A stretch of 38,285 nucleotides of DNA, from the IMG/VR virus record IMGVR_UViG_3300033518_000151; one strand, 5' to 3'. Below are positions 27,983 to 37,131 of this stretch, piece after piece (within the stretch, counting starts at the first letter, position 1; each line of letters begins with the position of its first letter). The notes under the pieces are model-generated. The model was not told where the DNA came from, did not search any database, and worked only from the letters and a program-made list of their open reading frames with translations. Made by a program: the position numbers and the translations under genes. This stretch comes from a virus.

Positions 27983-30676
27983 ATGTCAGTATTTCCCTTT
28001 ATAAAAGTAGCTAAAGGGAAAGGAAGCTTAACAGATAGAGCAAGTAACCTTTTCTTTAAAAGAAATTATCCGGGAGCACTTAAGAGTGTTCTTGGTAGTT
28101 GGTTATTCCCTAACAATGCACCGCCTTCAGTTGTTCTTAATACTCCTATTAATGCAGGTACTACTTCAGACACAACACCTACACTAGACTTCACAGGAAC
28201 AGACGATCTTGGAAGTTCTATTGAGTACAATATACAGCTTGACACTCTCTCAACTTTTGATGGAGCACCTTCAAATAATGATTCAGCAGTAAATCAATGT
28301 GATACTTATATTCGTGCAGACGTTCCTACACTAGATCAAGGAAAAGTAACAACAATGTCTGTTCAGTATTATCAGCCATTCTTGGCTACTAACAGAAGTG
28401 TTCTACAGTTCAAGCTTCCTAATGGTTCAGGTACTATCACAAAAATCTCTCTGTTTCTTTATAACTTAGGAGGTTCTTCAACAGGAGAAAATCTAAACCT
28501 TCACGAATTAACAAGAGTTATAAAAGAAGGAAACGGAGTTGCTAACTCAGGAGCTAACTGGAAGAGATACAACGGAGTGAATAACTGGACAACAGCAGGT
28601 GGAGACTTTAATGCACCTGTTGTTTGTTCTGTTGTAGATACAGGGACAGGATGGAAAGAGTATGTGCTAAAAGGAACAGGAGCAACTAATCCTATTACAG
28701 CGCTTACTTGGAATAGTCTAGTTGGGGTTATCATTAAAGCAGCTAATGAATCAGGTGTAACAAAAAACAATGGCTATGCTACTAAAGAAGCAGCTGAAGA
28801 AAATCTAAGGCCATTCATAAGAATCACCACAACAACAGGTGGTCCACTTATTAATGCAAGTTCTGTTACTGATGCAGGTTTTGTTAATCCTGATAACGGA
28901 GCAGACACACATCCTTTTATTTCAGGGGATAATATTCAATACACAGTTCAATCAGCTTTACCGGGAGCAACTTACTATTGGAGGGTAAGAGCTAAAGACG
29001 TTACAGGAACAAATGTTTGGAGCGCTTGGAGTAGTACATATAGCTTCTTAATTTCTTCAGCAACACAGGTTCAAGTAACTAAGTCCGTTAACTATCTCAT
29101 TAAGAGAAGTGTCTCAGTCTCTAAGAGTCTTGCTTATAAGATACGCTCATCAACAACAGCCTTCACTAGATCGATTCAATACCGAGTGAGAAGGACTCCT
29201 GCAGGTCTTACAAAATCTGTTCAGTATTCTGTTAAGTCTACAAAGCAAATCACTAAGAGTCTTAACTATAAAACAAAGACAACAGCGAGCCTTACTAAAG
29301 GTATTATTTATAGAATCGATAGAGTATTCTCAATCACTAAGGGACTTGTTTACTATATAAGAAAGAGCACGATACTTTCTAAGTCTGTTCAGTATCTCGT
29401 TAAGAGAACAACCTCAGCAACTAAAAGTGTTAAGTATACAATCAAGCTTCCTTTTGCAATTACTAAGAGTGCTAAATATACAATCAGACTTGCTCGTTCA
29501 GTAACAAAGTCAGTAGCTTACTCTGTTAAACATGCTCAGTCAGTTACTAAGGCTGTTAAGTACACAATCAGACTAAACGCAGGTCTTACTAAGTCTCTTC
29601 AGTATGCTCTCAAGCGATCTAATGTAATAACAAAATCAGTAGCTTATAAAGTTAAGGCCATTGCTTCAATAACAAGAAGTATTATTTACCGAGTTAAAGC
29701 TCCTTCATCGCTCACAAAGTCAGTAGCATATAAAATTAAGGGTCCACGATCTGTTACAAAGTCAGTTGATTATAAGCTTAAGCGTAACCTATCATTTACA
29801 AAGTCTCTTAGTTATAAAATCGGAAGGCTTGCAAGTCTTACAAAGTCTCTTACGTATACAATCATCAAGCTTAGATCAGCAACAAAATCTGTAAGCTATA
29901 AAATCAGAACAGTAACAAGTCTTGCAAAGAGTCTTGTTTATTCTGTTATTGCTCCTACTTCAATCAACAAGGCTATTACTTATCTTGTCTCTTCAGCAAG
30001 AAACTCATCAAAGACACTCTCTTATAAAATTAAAAGAGCTTCTTCAGTTACAACTTCAGTTACTTACAATGTCTTTAACCCAGGGGGAACATCTCAGGTA
30101 ACAAAAACAACAGCTTTACAGTATGCAATCAAAACTGCTAAAAGTGTTAGCAAGTCAGTTGCTTATAAGGTCCGTAGAATTGGCTCAATAGCCTTCAGCC
30201 TTTCTTACAGCCTTAAACATGGTACTTCTACCACAAAGTCAATTAGATATGCCTTAAAAGTCAATTTTGGGCTTAGTAAAGGAGTCTCATACAAGGTAAA
30301 AAGACCTTTACTAACTACAATCTCACTTGCCTATAAAGTAGGACAGCCTGAATCAATAACAAAATCTTCTCAGTATGCAGTCAAGAGTTCAAGGAATCTT
30401 ACAAAAACAGTAGGCTATAAAGTCGCTCATCCGTTCAGTAAGCTGCTTTCTATCGCTTATAACATTGTAAGACTCTTCACTTTGTCGATTACTTACACGA
30501 TTATAAAGCCTGCAACAATCACAAAGAGCATTACTTATGTTGTTAGAATCTATCCTTACAGTGATAAAACAAGTCCTTACTCTTTGAAGGCTTCACCATT
30601 CTCAGGAAAGACCTCACCATTCGGCTCAAAAGTTTCACCTTACGGAGATAAGAACAACCCCTATACAAATCTTTAA
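27983..30676 (+). CDS. Large repeat-containing surface/fibre protein (Fn3-like + DNRLRE-like N-terminal domains, 35 x 14-aa repeat shaft, SPY/SPF tail).
   Basis: 897 aa. N-terminal TPTLDFTGTDD...YNIQLDT and YYWRVRAKDVTGTNVWSAWSSTYSF are Fn3-like. NRSVLQFKLPNGSGTITKISLFLYN...ANWKRYNGVNNWTTAGGDF is DNRLRE-like. Then come 35 tandem units with consensus TKSVxYxVKxxxSx, and the protein ends with (SPY/SPF) x5. Confidence 0.8.
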   Translation: MSVFPFIKVAKGKGSLTDRASNLFFKRNYPGALKSVLGSWLFPNNAPPSVVLNTPINAGTTSDTTPTLDFTGTDDLGSSIEYNIQLDTLSTFDGAPSNNDSAVNQCDTYIRADVPTLDQGKVTTMSVQYYQPFLATNRSVLQFKLPNGSGTITKISLFLYNLGGSSTGENLNLHELTRVIKEGNGVANSGANWKRYNGVNNWTTAGGDFNAPVVCSVVDTGTGWKEYVLKGTGATNPITALTWNSLVGVIIKAANESGVTKNNGYATKEAAEENLRPFIRITTTTGGPLINASSVTDAGFVNPDNGADTHPFISGDNIQYTVQSALPGATYYWRVRAKDVTGTNVWSAWSSTYSFLISSATQVQVTKSVNYLIKRSVSVSKSLAYKIRSSTTAFTRSIQYRVRRTPAGLTKSVQYSVKSTKQITKSLNYKTKTTASLTKGIIYRIDRVFSITKGLVYYIRKSTILSKSVQYLVKRTTSATKSVKYTIKLPFAITKSAKYTIRLARSVTKSVAYSVKHAQSVTKAVKYTIRLNAGLTKSLQYALKRSNVITKSVAYKVKAIASITRSIIYRVKAPSSLTKSVAYKIKGPRSVTKSVDYKLKRNLSFTKSLSYKIGRLASLTKSLTYTIIKLRSATKSVSYKIRTVTSLAKSLVYSVIAPTSINKAITYLVSSARNSSKTLSYKIKRASSVTTSVTYNVFNPGGTSQVTKTTALQYAIKTAKSVSKSVAYKVRRIGSIAFSLSYSLKHGTSTTKSIRYALKVNFGLSKGVSYKVKRPLLTTISLAYKVGQPESITKSSQYAVKSSRNLTKTVGYKVAHPFSKLLSIAYNIVRLFTLSITYTIIKPATITKSITYVVRIYPYSDKTSPYSLKASPFSGKTSPFGSKVSPYGDKNNPYTNL
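29078..30562 (+). repeat. About 35 diverged tandem 42-nt (14-codon) coding repeats.
   Basis: Repeats counted by hand in the translation. Most units are exactly 14 aa, with a few of 11-17 aa. Confidence 0.9.
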
Positions 30677-30683
30677 AACTTAG

Positions 30684-30698
30684 TGGTATAATAAAAAC
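30684..30698 (+). promoter_or_regulatory. Extended -10 promoter (TGgTATAAT) 6 nt upstream of the connector ATG; predicts a leaderless transcript.
   Basis: tg(30684-30685) g tataat(30687-30692), N6, ATG at 30699. Confidence 0.55.
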
Positions 30699-31262
30699 AT
30701 GAGCACCAAACCTTACACAACAAAATTAGAAGTTGAAAATTACTTACTAACAACAGTTGACCCTTCATTCGATACTCAGATCGCAACATGGATAAGTGCA
30801 ATGAGTCGCTATATCGATAATTACTGCAATAGAATCATTTATGATGATACTCCAAGTACAATGCTTTATGATGGAGACAATACAGATATTATTTTAATTA
30901 AAGACTGTGTTGATATTACTGAGGTAAAGCTTGATGGTGTTGTAGTAGATACATACTTCAAATACCCACAAGGAAAAACTTACACAAGTAGAATCAAACT
31001 ACAAGATCAGTATTTTTCAAATGGTCTTCAGAATGTTTCTGTTACTGGTATTCATGCAATGGATAAAGTTTTGCGTGATGATATTAAGTTCGCTTGTACT
31101 GTTCTAGTAGCAGGAATTGTTAACGCTTCGATGCTCGGAAATAAGAGAGGAACAACAGAAAAGATTGGAGGTTATGCAATCACTTACAAAGATAATGTTC
31201 AAGAAGCTGATTACTCAACAGCTAAAAAGATTCTCTCAAGCTATAAGCGTATAGCTCTATAA
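30699..31262 (+). CDS. Head-tail connector (gp6-like) protein.
   Basis: 187 aa. First gene after the head/accessory block, in the canonical HK97-like gene order. Confidence 0.45.
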   Translation: MSTKPYTTKLEVENYLLTTVDPSFDTQIATWISAMSRYIDNYCNRIIYDDTPSTMLYDGDNTDIILIKDCVDITEVKLDGVVVDTYFKYPQGKTYTSRIKLQDQYFSNGLQNVSVTGIHAMDKVLRDDIKFACTVLVAGIVNASMLGNKRGTTEKIGGYAITYKDNVQEADYSTAKKILSSYKRIAL

Positions 31263-31265
31263 CTT

Positions 31266-31598
31266 ATGTCTTTCTCAGCACTACTCATTCAGACTTGTAC
31301 AATACAGGAAAAGCAAATCTCACAAGTTACTTATGAGAAGTCTATTGCTTGGATAGATGTTTCAACTAATGTTCCTTGTAGAAAAGAAGCAAGTCAAAGT
31401 GTGAGAATCAATGATGCTGATTTTAGAAGTAACACTGATGATGATGTTTTTTACTTTAATGCTGATGTCATTATTGAAAGAGGAAACAGAATAATTCTCA
31501 ATGCTAAGTATTATGATGTTATTAAAGTGAATGAGATTTTAGATTCAACAAGCCTTCATCACATTGAAGCAGTAGCAAGACTTGTAGACAACAAATAA
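31266..31598 (+). CDS. Head closure / head-tail adaptor protein.
   Basis: 110 aa; the call rests on size and position. Confidence 0.45.
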   Translation: MSFSALLIQTCTIQEKQISQVTYEKSIAWIDVSTNVPCRKEASQSVRINDADFRSNTDDDVFYFNADVIIERGNRIILNAKYYDVIKVNEILDSTSLHHIEAVARLVDNK

Positions 31599-31602
31599 AC
31601 CT

Positions 31603-31986
31603 ATGTCATTAAAAGCAACAGTAACATTCAAGAATGGAACAGATGAAGCTGAAGCAGGTATCTCAAACTTTATTGACCTAGCTGTTAAAAGAGCAGCAAA
31701 AGTTACAGCAAGAAATGTAATGGATGGCTCAAGACATTTATTTCATTGGAGAACAGGAAATCTTGCAAGAAGTATTCAAGCTAGAGATATTAAACCGGGA
31801 CAATCTGAAGTCGCTGTTGCACAGATTGCAGGTGGACAAGATGTTAGGTATGCAATACATCTTGAGTATGGAACAAAGTATATTGCCCCTAGAGCTTTTA
31901 TGAGAAAGGGTGTTGCTGCTTCACAAGATGATATTGATAAGATATTTAAAGAAGAAGCTGACAAAGTAAGAATTACAATTAACTAA
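31603..31986 (+). CDS. HK97 gp10-family tail-component protein.
   Basis: Motifs WRTGNLARSI and RYAIHLEYGTKYIAPRAFMRKG. Confidence 0.7.
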   Translation: MSLKATVTFKNGTDEAEAGISNFIDLAVKRAAKVTARNVMDGSRHLFHWRTGNLARSIQARDIKPGQSEVAVAQIAGGQDVRYAIHLEYGTKYIAPRAFMRKGVAASQDDIDKIFKEEADKVRITIN

Positions 31987-32001
31987 TGCTATACTATTTT
32001 T
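31987..32001 (+). promoter_or_regulatory. Extended -10 element (TGcTATACT) 6 nt upstream of the ATG.
   Basis: tg(31987-31988) c tatact(31990-31995), N6, ATG at 32002. Confidence 0.45.
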
Positions 32002-32397
32002 ATGATTGAGCAATACATATTCAACAAGATAACAGCTGACATAACTCTTCAAGGGTTACTTACTGATGGAAATGGTGGATATAATCTTTACCCTCTTGTT
32101 GTTCCTCGCAGTCTTACTTTTACTAAGGCTGTTACTTTTACTACAGTAGCAACAAATGATGTTTTCCCTAATGTTAATTCCGTAACAGTTCAGTTTAATA
32201 TTTTCACTAAGACTCATACTGATGCTGTTCTTATTTCTAAGGCTATTGCTAACTTATTCAATGGGGATAACAATCAGCTTGATGCAGGGAATATTGCTGT
32301 TGTTTATTCAGAGAGAGCTTCAGAATCAGACTTAGGCTTTGATTTTGATGAGACTATCTATCATAGAGAGTCTAGTTATTACTTTAAAATAAGATAA
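32002..32397 (+). CDS. Tail completion / tail terminator-like protein (DUF3168-like).
   Basis: 131 aa; located between the gp10-like and major tail genes. Confidence 0.4.
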   Translation: MIEQYIFNKITADITLQGLLTDGNGGYNLYPLVVPRSLTFTKAVTFTTVATNDVFPNVNSVTVQFNIFTKTHTDAVLISKAIANLFNGDNNQLDAGNIAVVYSERASESDLGFDFDETIYHRESSYYFKIR

Positions 32398-32398
32398 T

Positions 32399-32563
32399 AT
32401 GACAACAAACAATCGTCAAATCACAACAGGTTTTAATAAAGATGTTCAGCAAGGAATCATCTTAGAGAACATTAAGACAGGGAAGATCATAGAAGTTACT
32501 AAGAGTGAAGCTCGTAGAATCTTGGCTACAGAAAAGACTTGTTACCGTATACACATGGACTAG
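32399..32563 (+). CDS. Hypothetical micro-protein (54 aa).
   Basis: Hand-translated MTTNNRQITTGFNKDVQQGIILENIKTGKIIEVTKSEARRILATEKTCYRIHMD. It starts with ATGACAACAAAC, like the gene at 4572. Confidence 0.4.
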   Translation: MTTNNRQITTGFNKDVQQGIILENIKTGKIIEVTKSEARRILATEKTCYRIHMD

Positions 32564-32574
32564 AGCTTTTGCAA

Positions 32575-32584
32575 GTGGTATCAT
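32575..32584 (+). promoter_or_regulatory. Extended -10 element (gTGgTATCAT) upstream of the major tail gene; not leaderless here.
   Basis: gtggtatcatata is the same as the fibre promoter at 46-58. The ~80-nt leader contains the hairpin ttctag-tgc-ctagaa. Confidence 0.4.
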
Positions 32585-32669
32585 ATAGACAAGACCTAAA
32601 CAGTCTGTACTGCTTAAATTTCTAGTGCCTAGAATTGCGGTAATTTACAAAAAAGTTAATTTAAATATT

Positions 32670-33443
32670 ATGTCTAAACAAACTACTATTCAGAATACAG
32701 CTGCAATCCGTAAAGGTTCAGTTCGTGTTCTTGTCGGCGCAAGCTTTGCTGCTCTCGTTGACATCGGTGCACTTCGTAAGCCAGTTATTAAGTCTCTTGC
32801 AGAAAATCAGGAAATTGAATTTGATAATGTTAACTCACTATCTAAGTTCGTTAAGGGTAAGCGTGTTCAGATCACTTTTGATCTAGCTGAAGTTAACCTT
32901 ACAAACATGGCTGTTCTTGATGCAGGTATTCTTACACTCTCTACAGTTGCAGGAGCTTCAACACCTGTTATTGATGAAGCTAAGGGAACAGGTTGGACAG
33001 TTGCTCAACCTATCAAGCTTAATAACAAGAACGGAGCTAACACAATCGTTACAGCTATCACTGTAAAAGAAAATGCAGTTTCACTTGTTCTTAACACAGA
33101 TTACAAGACCTATGTTGGAGATGGTTCAAATGGTGAACTTGGTTACACTTACATTGTTCCTTTGACAGCTCGTACTCTTGCTATCACTGTTAACTATACT
33201 TATGTTCCTAATGCTTCTAAGAAAGTTGTATTTAGTGATTCAGGTACAAAGACACTTAAGGCTATGCGTATCATCAATACAGATGAGAACGGAAAGACAT
33301 TTAAGATTGATGTTGAGAATGGAACAAACTTTGCTCCTATCTCTATGACTTTCGCAGGTGATGCTCAGGATGATGTTGCAATCCTTCCTGTTGATTTTCA
33401 GGGTGATATTGTTGAGTGGGTTGATGAACAGCAAACTGTTTAA
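32670..33443 (+). CDS. Major tail protein.
   Basis: The ATG at 32670 is preferred to the GTG at 32625. 257 aa, beta-rich. Located immediately upstream of the chaperone and tape measure genes. Confidence 0.55.
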   Translation: MSKQTTIQNTAAIRKGSVRVLVGASFAALVDIGALRKPVIKSLAENQEIEFDNVNSLSKFVKGKRVQITFDLAEVNLTNMAVLDAGILTLSTVAGASTPVIDEAKGTGWTVAQPIKLNNKNGANTIVTAITVKENAVSLVLNTDYKTYVGDGSNGELGYTYIVPLTARTLAITVNYTYVPNASKKVVFSDSGTKTLKAMRIINTDENGKTFKIDVENGTNFAPISMTFAGDAQDDVAILPVDFQGDIVEWVDEQQTV

Positions 33444-33449
33444 TAATTC

Positions 33450-34094
33450 ATGCGTGAACTCACCTTTAAAAGCAGGAAGCATTCTGTTGTCACTTTAAGT
33501 GATAAAAAGGTATATAAAATACCTAGTGAATATACTGTTGAAGAGGTTGAGCGACTCCTTGAATTACAAGAAGAACAGAAGAAGCTTGAGGGTAATGAAA
33601 TCATTGAGAGTATTAAGGACTTACAAGTTGAGAGCTTCTATAAGAACATCTTTAATCAATTAGAGATTATCTTTCAGCACTATCAACCAAAAGTAACTGT
33701 TCAATATCTTAAGAAGATTATCACTCACAGCGAGGCACTAGAGATGGTTGGATTTTTCAACAAGTACAGAAATCTTATTTTGAATCAACCAGAATCAACT
33801 AATGAAGTTGAGTCAAAAAAAAAATCTAAAGTAGAAAACAACGATCTAAGAGACTTACGCCGTGTAATTACCTTTATGGTGATTAACGGCTTTTCTCTTT
33901 TTGAGGTGAGGAAGTTATATATAGATGAACTCTATTACTTCTATACTGAAATGTTCTACAGCTTAGAAAAAATGGGGAGAGTAAATGAGGGGACTTATGA
34001 TAACATTATAAGTAACAGCACTTCTAATTCAGATGAAAACACAGTGAAAGAATTAAAGCGTCAATTCTTTAAAAGTATTGCTGATAAAAAATAA
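33450..34094 (+). CDS. Tail assembly chaperone (G/GT-position gene).
   Basis: 214 aa, between the major tail and tape measure genes. Contains an A10 run at 33815-33824. Confidence 0.5.
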   Translation: MRELTFKSRKHSVVTLSDKKVYKIPSEYTVEEVERLLELQEEQKKLEGNEIIESIKDLQVESFYKNIFNQLEIIFQHYQPKVTVQYLKKIITHSEALEMVGFFNKYRNLILNQPESTNEVESKKKSKVENNDLRDLRRVITFMVINGFSLFEVRKLYIDELYYFYTEMFYSLEKMGRVNEGTYDNIISNSTSNSDENTVKELKRQFFKSIADKK

Positions 34095-34099
34095 AACCT

Positions 34100-36181
34100 A
34101 TGGCAGAAAATAAATTAACAGTTGGAGAGCTTGTATATAAAATCTCAGGGGATATGGACAGTCTTAGGTCTGAGATAAAAAAGTCTGAAACAGAAGTCGG
34201 CAATCTTAAGAGTGCAATGGAGAAAACAACAAGCTCTACTGCAAGTATGGGTAAGCAATCAGAAGGAACAGCCCTATCAGTTTTTAAGGGTGTCTTTGCT
34301 TTTGAAGCTCTCAAGCAAGGTGTAATGGCTGTTACTCAATTTCTCGGTAGTGCTATAAAAGAAAGTGCTGATGCTGCACGAATTCTTGCACAGGTTCAAA
34401 CGAATGTTGAGAACGCAGGTTTTGCTTATGCTGATCTAGCTGATGAGATAGGAAAGACAAGTGAAGCAGCTCTACAGCTTGGCTTTGATGATGATACAGC
34501 TTCAGAGTCTCTCTCAAAGCTTCTTCTTGTTACAAAGGATATGAGTCAAGCTCAGGCTTTACTCGCTCTTTCAATGGACCTTTCACGATCTAAAAACATC
34601 TCTCTTGAACAAGCAACAAAAGCAATCACGCTTGTTACTCAGGGTAACAATAAAGTTCTCAAGGAATATGGAATCAATCTTGACGATACAGCTTCAGTTG
34701 CAGATCAATTGAGAGAAGCTCAGGACAAGCTCAAGAATTCAGCTGTTGCTTATTCTGATACTGTTGCCGGTAAACTTGCAATACAAGAGCAAAGATGGGG
34801 AAACATTAAACAAGCTGTTGGGGATAAGCTACAACCTATCATGCTTAAATTCTTTGATATGGTTGAGAGAAATCAACCTGCAATCAATGATGCTTTTGAA
34901 GTATTTACTACAATCATTATTGGGCTAGGTTTTGCAGTTGAAAAAGTTATCCAAGTCTTTGGGATTCTTTTCAACTCTCTCAAGTCTACAGTTGCACAGA
35001 TAGAAGGCTTCACAACAAAAGCAGGTGCTCTTGTTTCTCTTGGTCTTGAAAAAGTAGGACTCTCTTCAAAGAGTACAACAGCATCTATAAACGCTATGGG
35101 TGATTCTATGCTTGAGACAGGTAAAAAGTCTAGTGATGCAGCTAACAATGGAGTTAAGCAACTCTTTGGAATGTCTACTGAGCTTGATACTTCTGTAAAG
35201 TCAGTCAATAAAACTCTTGACGACACTGGAAAGAATCTTGCAGGAATAGGCAAGAACTCAAAAGCTTCTGTTCAAGATATTGCTGAAGCAAAAAAAGCTC
35301 TTGAGGATTTTCAAAATAAGATGATAGGTGTTATCGATAAGGCTAAAGAAGTTAAGAAGGCTCTTGAGAAAGAACTTGGTGAAGCTTTTAAAAACTTCTC
35401 TGATGGAATAAAAGCTAATGCAAAAGACACAGTTGATACTCTTGCAAAGATGGTTGTTGATTCTACTTCAAAGATTGCAGAATTAAGAACAAAGTTGTCA
35501 GCTGAAACAGATGCAGAACGAAGAACTGAAATTGAAAAAGAAATAGCAGGACAGCAGAAAATTCTTGATGCTCGTGTAGGTTTTGAGGATAGACAGAAGA
35601 AAGTTTTAGATGGCCTTAGAAAGCAATTAGCAGATGCTAATATTGATGGCTCTAAGATTGGTCTTGATAATCTTTTAAATACTCAAACACTTGAGCAACA
35701 GATCGCAGAAGAAAAGAGACTTTCAACACTTAATGAATTTCAGCTATTTGAAGAAGAGCAGAATAAAAAACTTCAGAGCCTTACTACTGCACTTATTACT
35801 GAAGTAAACTTACTCAAGTCTAAGATTGATACTGAAACAAAGTTTGAAGCTGATCTTACTGCTTACCTACAAAGTGAGCAGTCTAAGAGACTTAAAGGCA
35901 CTGAAGCATGGGCTAAGGGAATGATTAAACAATACAAAGATGTTGCTGATAGCCTTCAAACATTCTTAACTCTTCAGAGTCGTGTCTCAGGTCTTAACTC
36001 AGCTGTTACACTTCCAACTTCTGGTGCTGCAACAAGCTCAGTTCCTCAGACTGTTTCTAACTCAGCTACTACTACAAACAAAACTATTAATGCTCCTATT
36101 ACAATTAACGCTTCAACAACAAGTCAAACTGACTGGTCTGCTCTTGCTCGTGATATGGGCTTCTTACTAAGTAAGCAATAA
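34100..36181 (+). CDS. Tape measure protein.
   Basis: 693 aa, Ala/Lys/Glu/Leu-rich and largely helical, with a hydrophobic central segment. Canonical position. Confidence 0.8.
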   Translation: MAENKLTVGELVYKISGDMDSLRSEIKKSETEVGNLKSAMEKTTSSTASMGKQSEGTALSVFKGVFAFEALKQGVMAVTQFLGSAIKESADAARILAQVQTNVENAGFAYADLADEIGKTSEAALQLGFDDDTASESLSKLLLVTKDMSQAQALLALSMDLSRSKNISLEQATKAITLVTQGNNKVLKEYGINLDDTASVADQLREAQDKLKNSAVAYSDTVAGKLAIQEQRWGNIKQAVGDKLQPIMLKFFDMVERNQPAINDAFEVFTTIIIGLGFAVEKVIQVFGILFNSLKSTVAQIEGFTTKAGALVSLGLEKVGLSSKSTTASINAMGDSMLETGKKSSDAANNGVKQLFGMSTELDTSVKSVNKTLDDTGKNLAGIGKNSKASVQDIAEAKKALEDFQNKMIGVIDKAKEVKKALEKELGEAFKNFSDGIKANAKDTVDTLAKMVVDSTSKIAELRTKLSAETDAERRTEIEKEIAGQQKILDARVGFEDRQKKVLDGLRKQLADANIDGSKIGLDNLLNTQTLEQQIAEEKRLSTLNEFQLFEEEQNKKLQSLTTALITEVNLLKSKIDTETKFEADLTAYLQSEQSKRLKGTEAWAKGMIKQYKDVADSLQTFLTLQSRVSGLNSAVTLPTSGAATSSVPQTVSNSATTTNKTINAPITINASTTSQTDWSALARDMGFLLSKQ

Positions 36182-36196
36182 TGCTAAACTAATAAC
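36182..36196 (+). promoter_or_regulatory. Extended -10 element (TGcTAAACT) 6 nt upstream of the ATG.
   Basis: tg(36182-36183) c taaact(36185-36190), N6, ATG at 36197. Confidence 0.4.
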
Positions 36197-37129
36197 ATGA
36201 TAGGAACTATTTTTACAATCACAAACAAAGCAAACCATTCAAGGGTTGTAACTTTCAACGACCATTCAAGCTCTAACTTTATTGCTCTTCAGAGTTATCC
36301 TACTTTTGAACTTGAAGTAAGAAATGATGAGATGAGTAAAGAAGGACAGCATGGAGTGTGGGACTTCTTCTCATTCTATGGAAAGAGACTTATAACATTT
36401 GAAGGTGTTATTGTAGGTAACAATGAAGCAGATGTGCATACTCTAAAAGAATTGATGCAGTCAGTTTTAGAGCTTCCTATACAGCCAACTTCAACAGATG
36501 ATGGAACAGTTATAATCAAATGGACAGACCCACTTGGAAGAGCTGTACAAACTGAAGCAAAGATTGCTACAACAATAAGACTTCACAGAGACATGAAGCA
36601 ACTCTTTAGGCTAGACTTTCAATTCTCTCTTAAGTCAGCAAATCCTATCATTGAGACACAGACATTATATGAAGTTGATGGATTGCGTGGCTATCCACTT
36701 TCAGGCATAACCTTGCCTGTTTTATTGCCTTTCACACTACCTACAAACTATATAAATTCATTCCCGGTAACTAATGCAGGAAATACTGAAGCTGATATTG
36801 TAGTAAAGCTTTATGGAAGCTCTATAATGACAATCAACAATCCTACTCTCACGAATCTTACAACTGGAAAATCAATTACAATCAATGTTGCTCTTATCAA
36901 TGAGACTAAGTATGTCTCTATTAACTCACAGAATGGGCAGGTACTAGATCAAGACGGAAATGATTTGAGTGGAAGCATTCAATCAGGAAGTGCTTTTGTA
37001 AGACTTCAGACAGGTATAAATAATCTCTTCTACTCTTCAGCAGAAAGTACAAACGAATATAATCCACTTGTTACAGGAATAGATCCTACTGAAATAATTG
37101 AAACAGATCACAGGGATGCAATACTTTAA
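36197..37129 (+). CDS. Distal tail protein (Dit).
   Basis: 310 aa, directly after the tape measure gene. Confidence 0.55.
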   Translation: MIGTIFTITNKANHSRVVTFNDHSSSNFIALQSYPTFELEVRNDEMSKEGQHGVWDFFSFYGKRLITFEGVIVGNNEADVHTLKELMQSVLELPIQPTSTDDGTVIIKWTDPLGRAVQTEAKIATTIRLHRDMKQLFRLDFQFSLKSANPIIETQTLYEVDGLRGYPLSGITLPVLLPFTLPTNYINSFPVTNAGNTEADIVVKLYGSSIMTINNPTLTNLTTGKSITINVALINETKYVSINSQNGQVLDQDGNDLSGSIQSGSAFVRLQTGINNLFYSSAESTNEYNPLVTGIDPTEIIETDHRDAIL

Positions 37130-37131
37130 TT

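Noticed and set aside
29078-30562. The regular 42-nt periodic repeats as a possible CRISPR array or satellite.
   Set aside because: The repeats are contiguous with no spacers, diverged, lie in one long open reading frame, and translate to a conserved 14-aa motif. There are no cas genes. This is a coding repeat.
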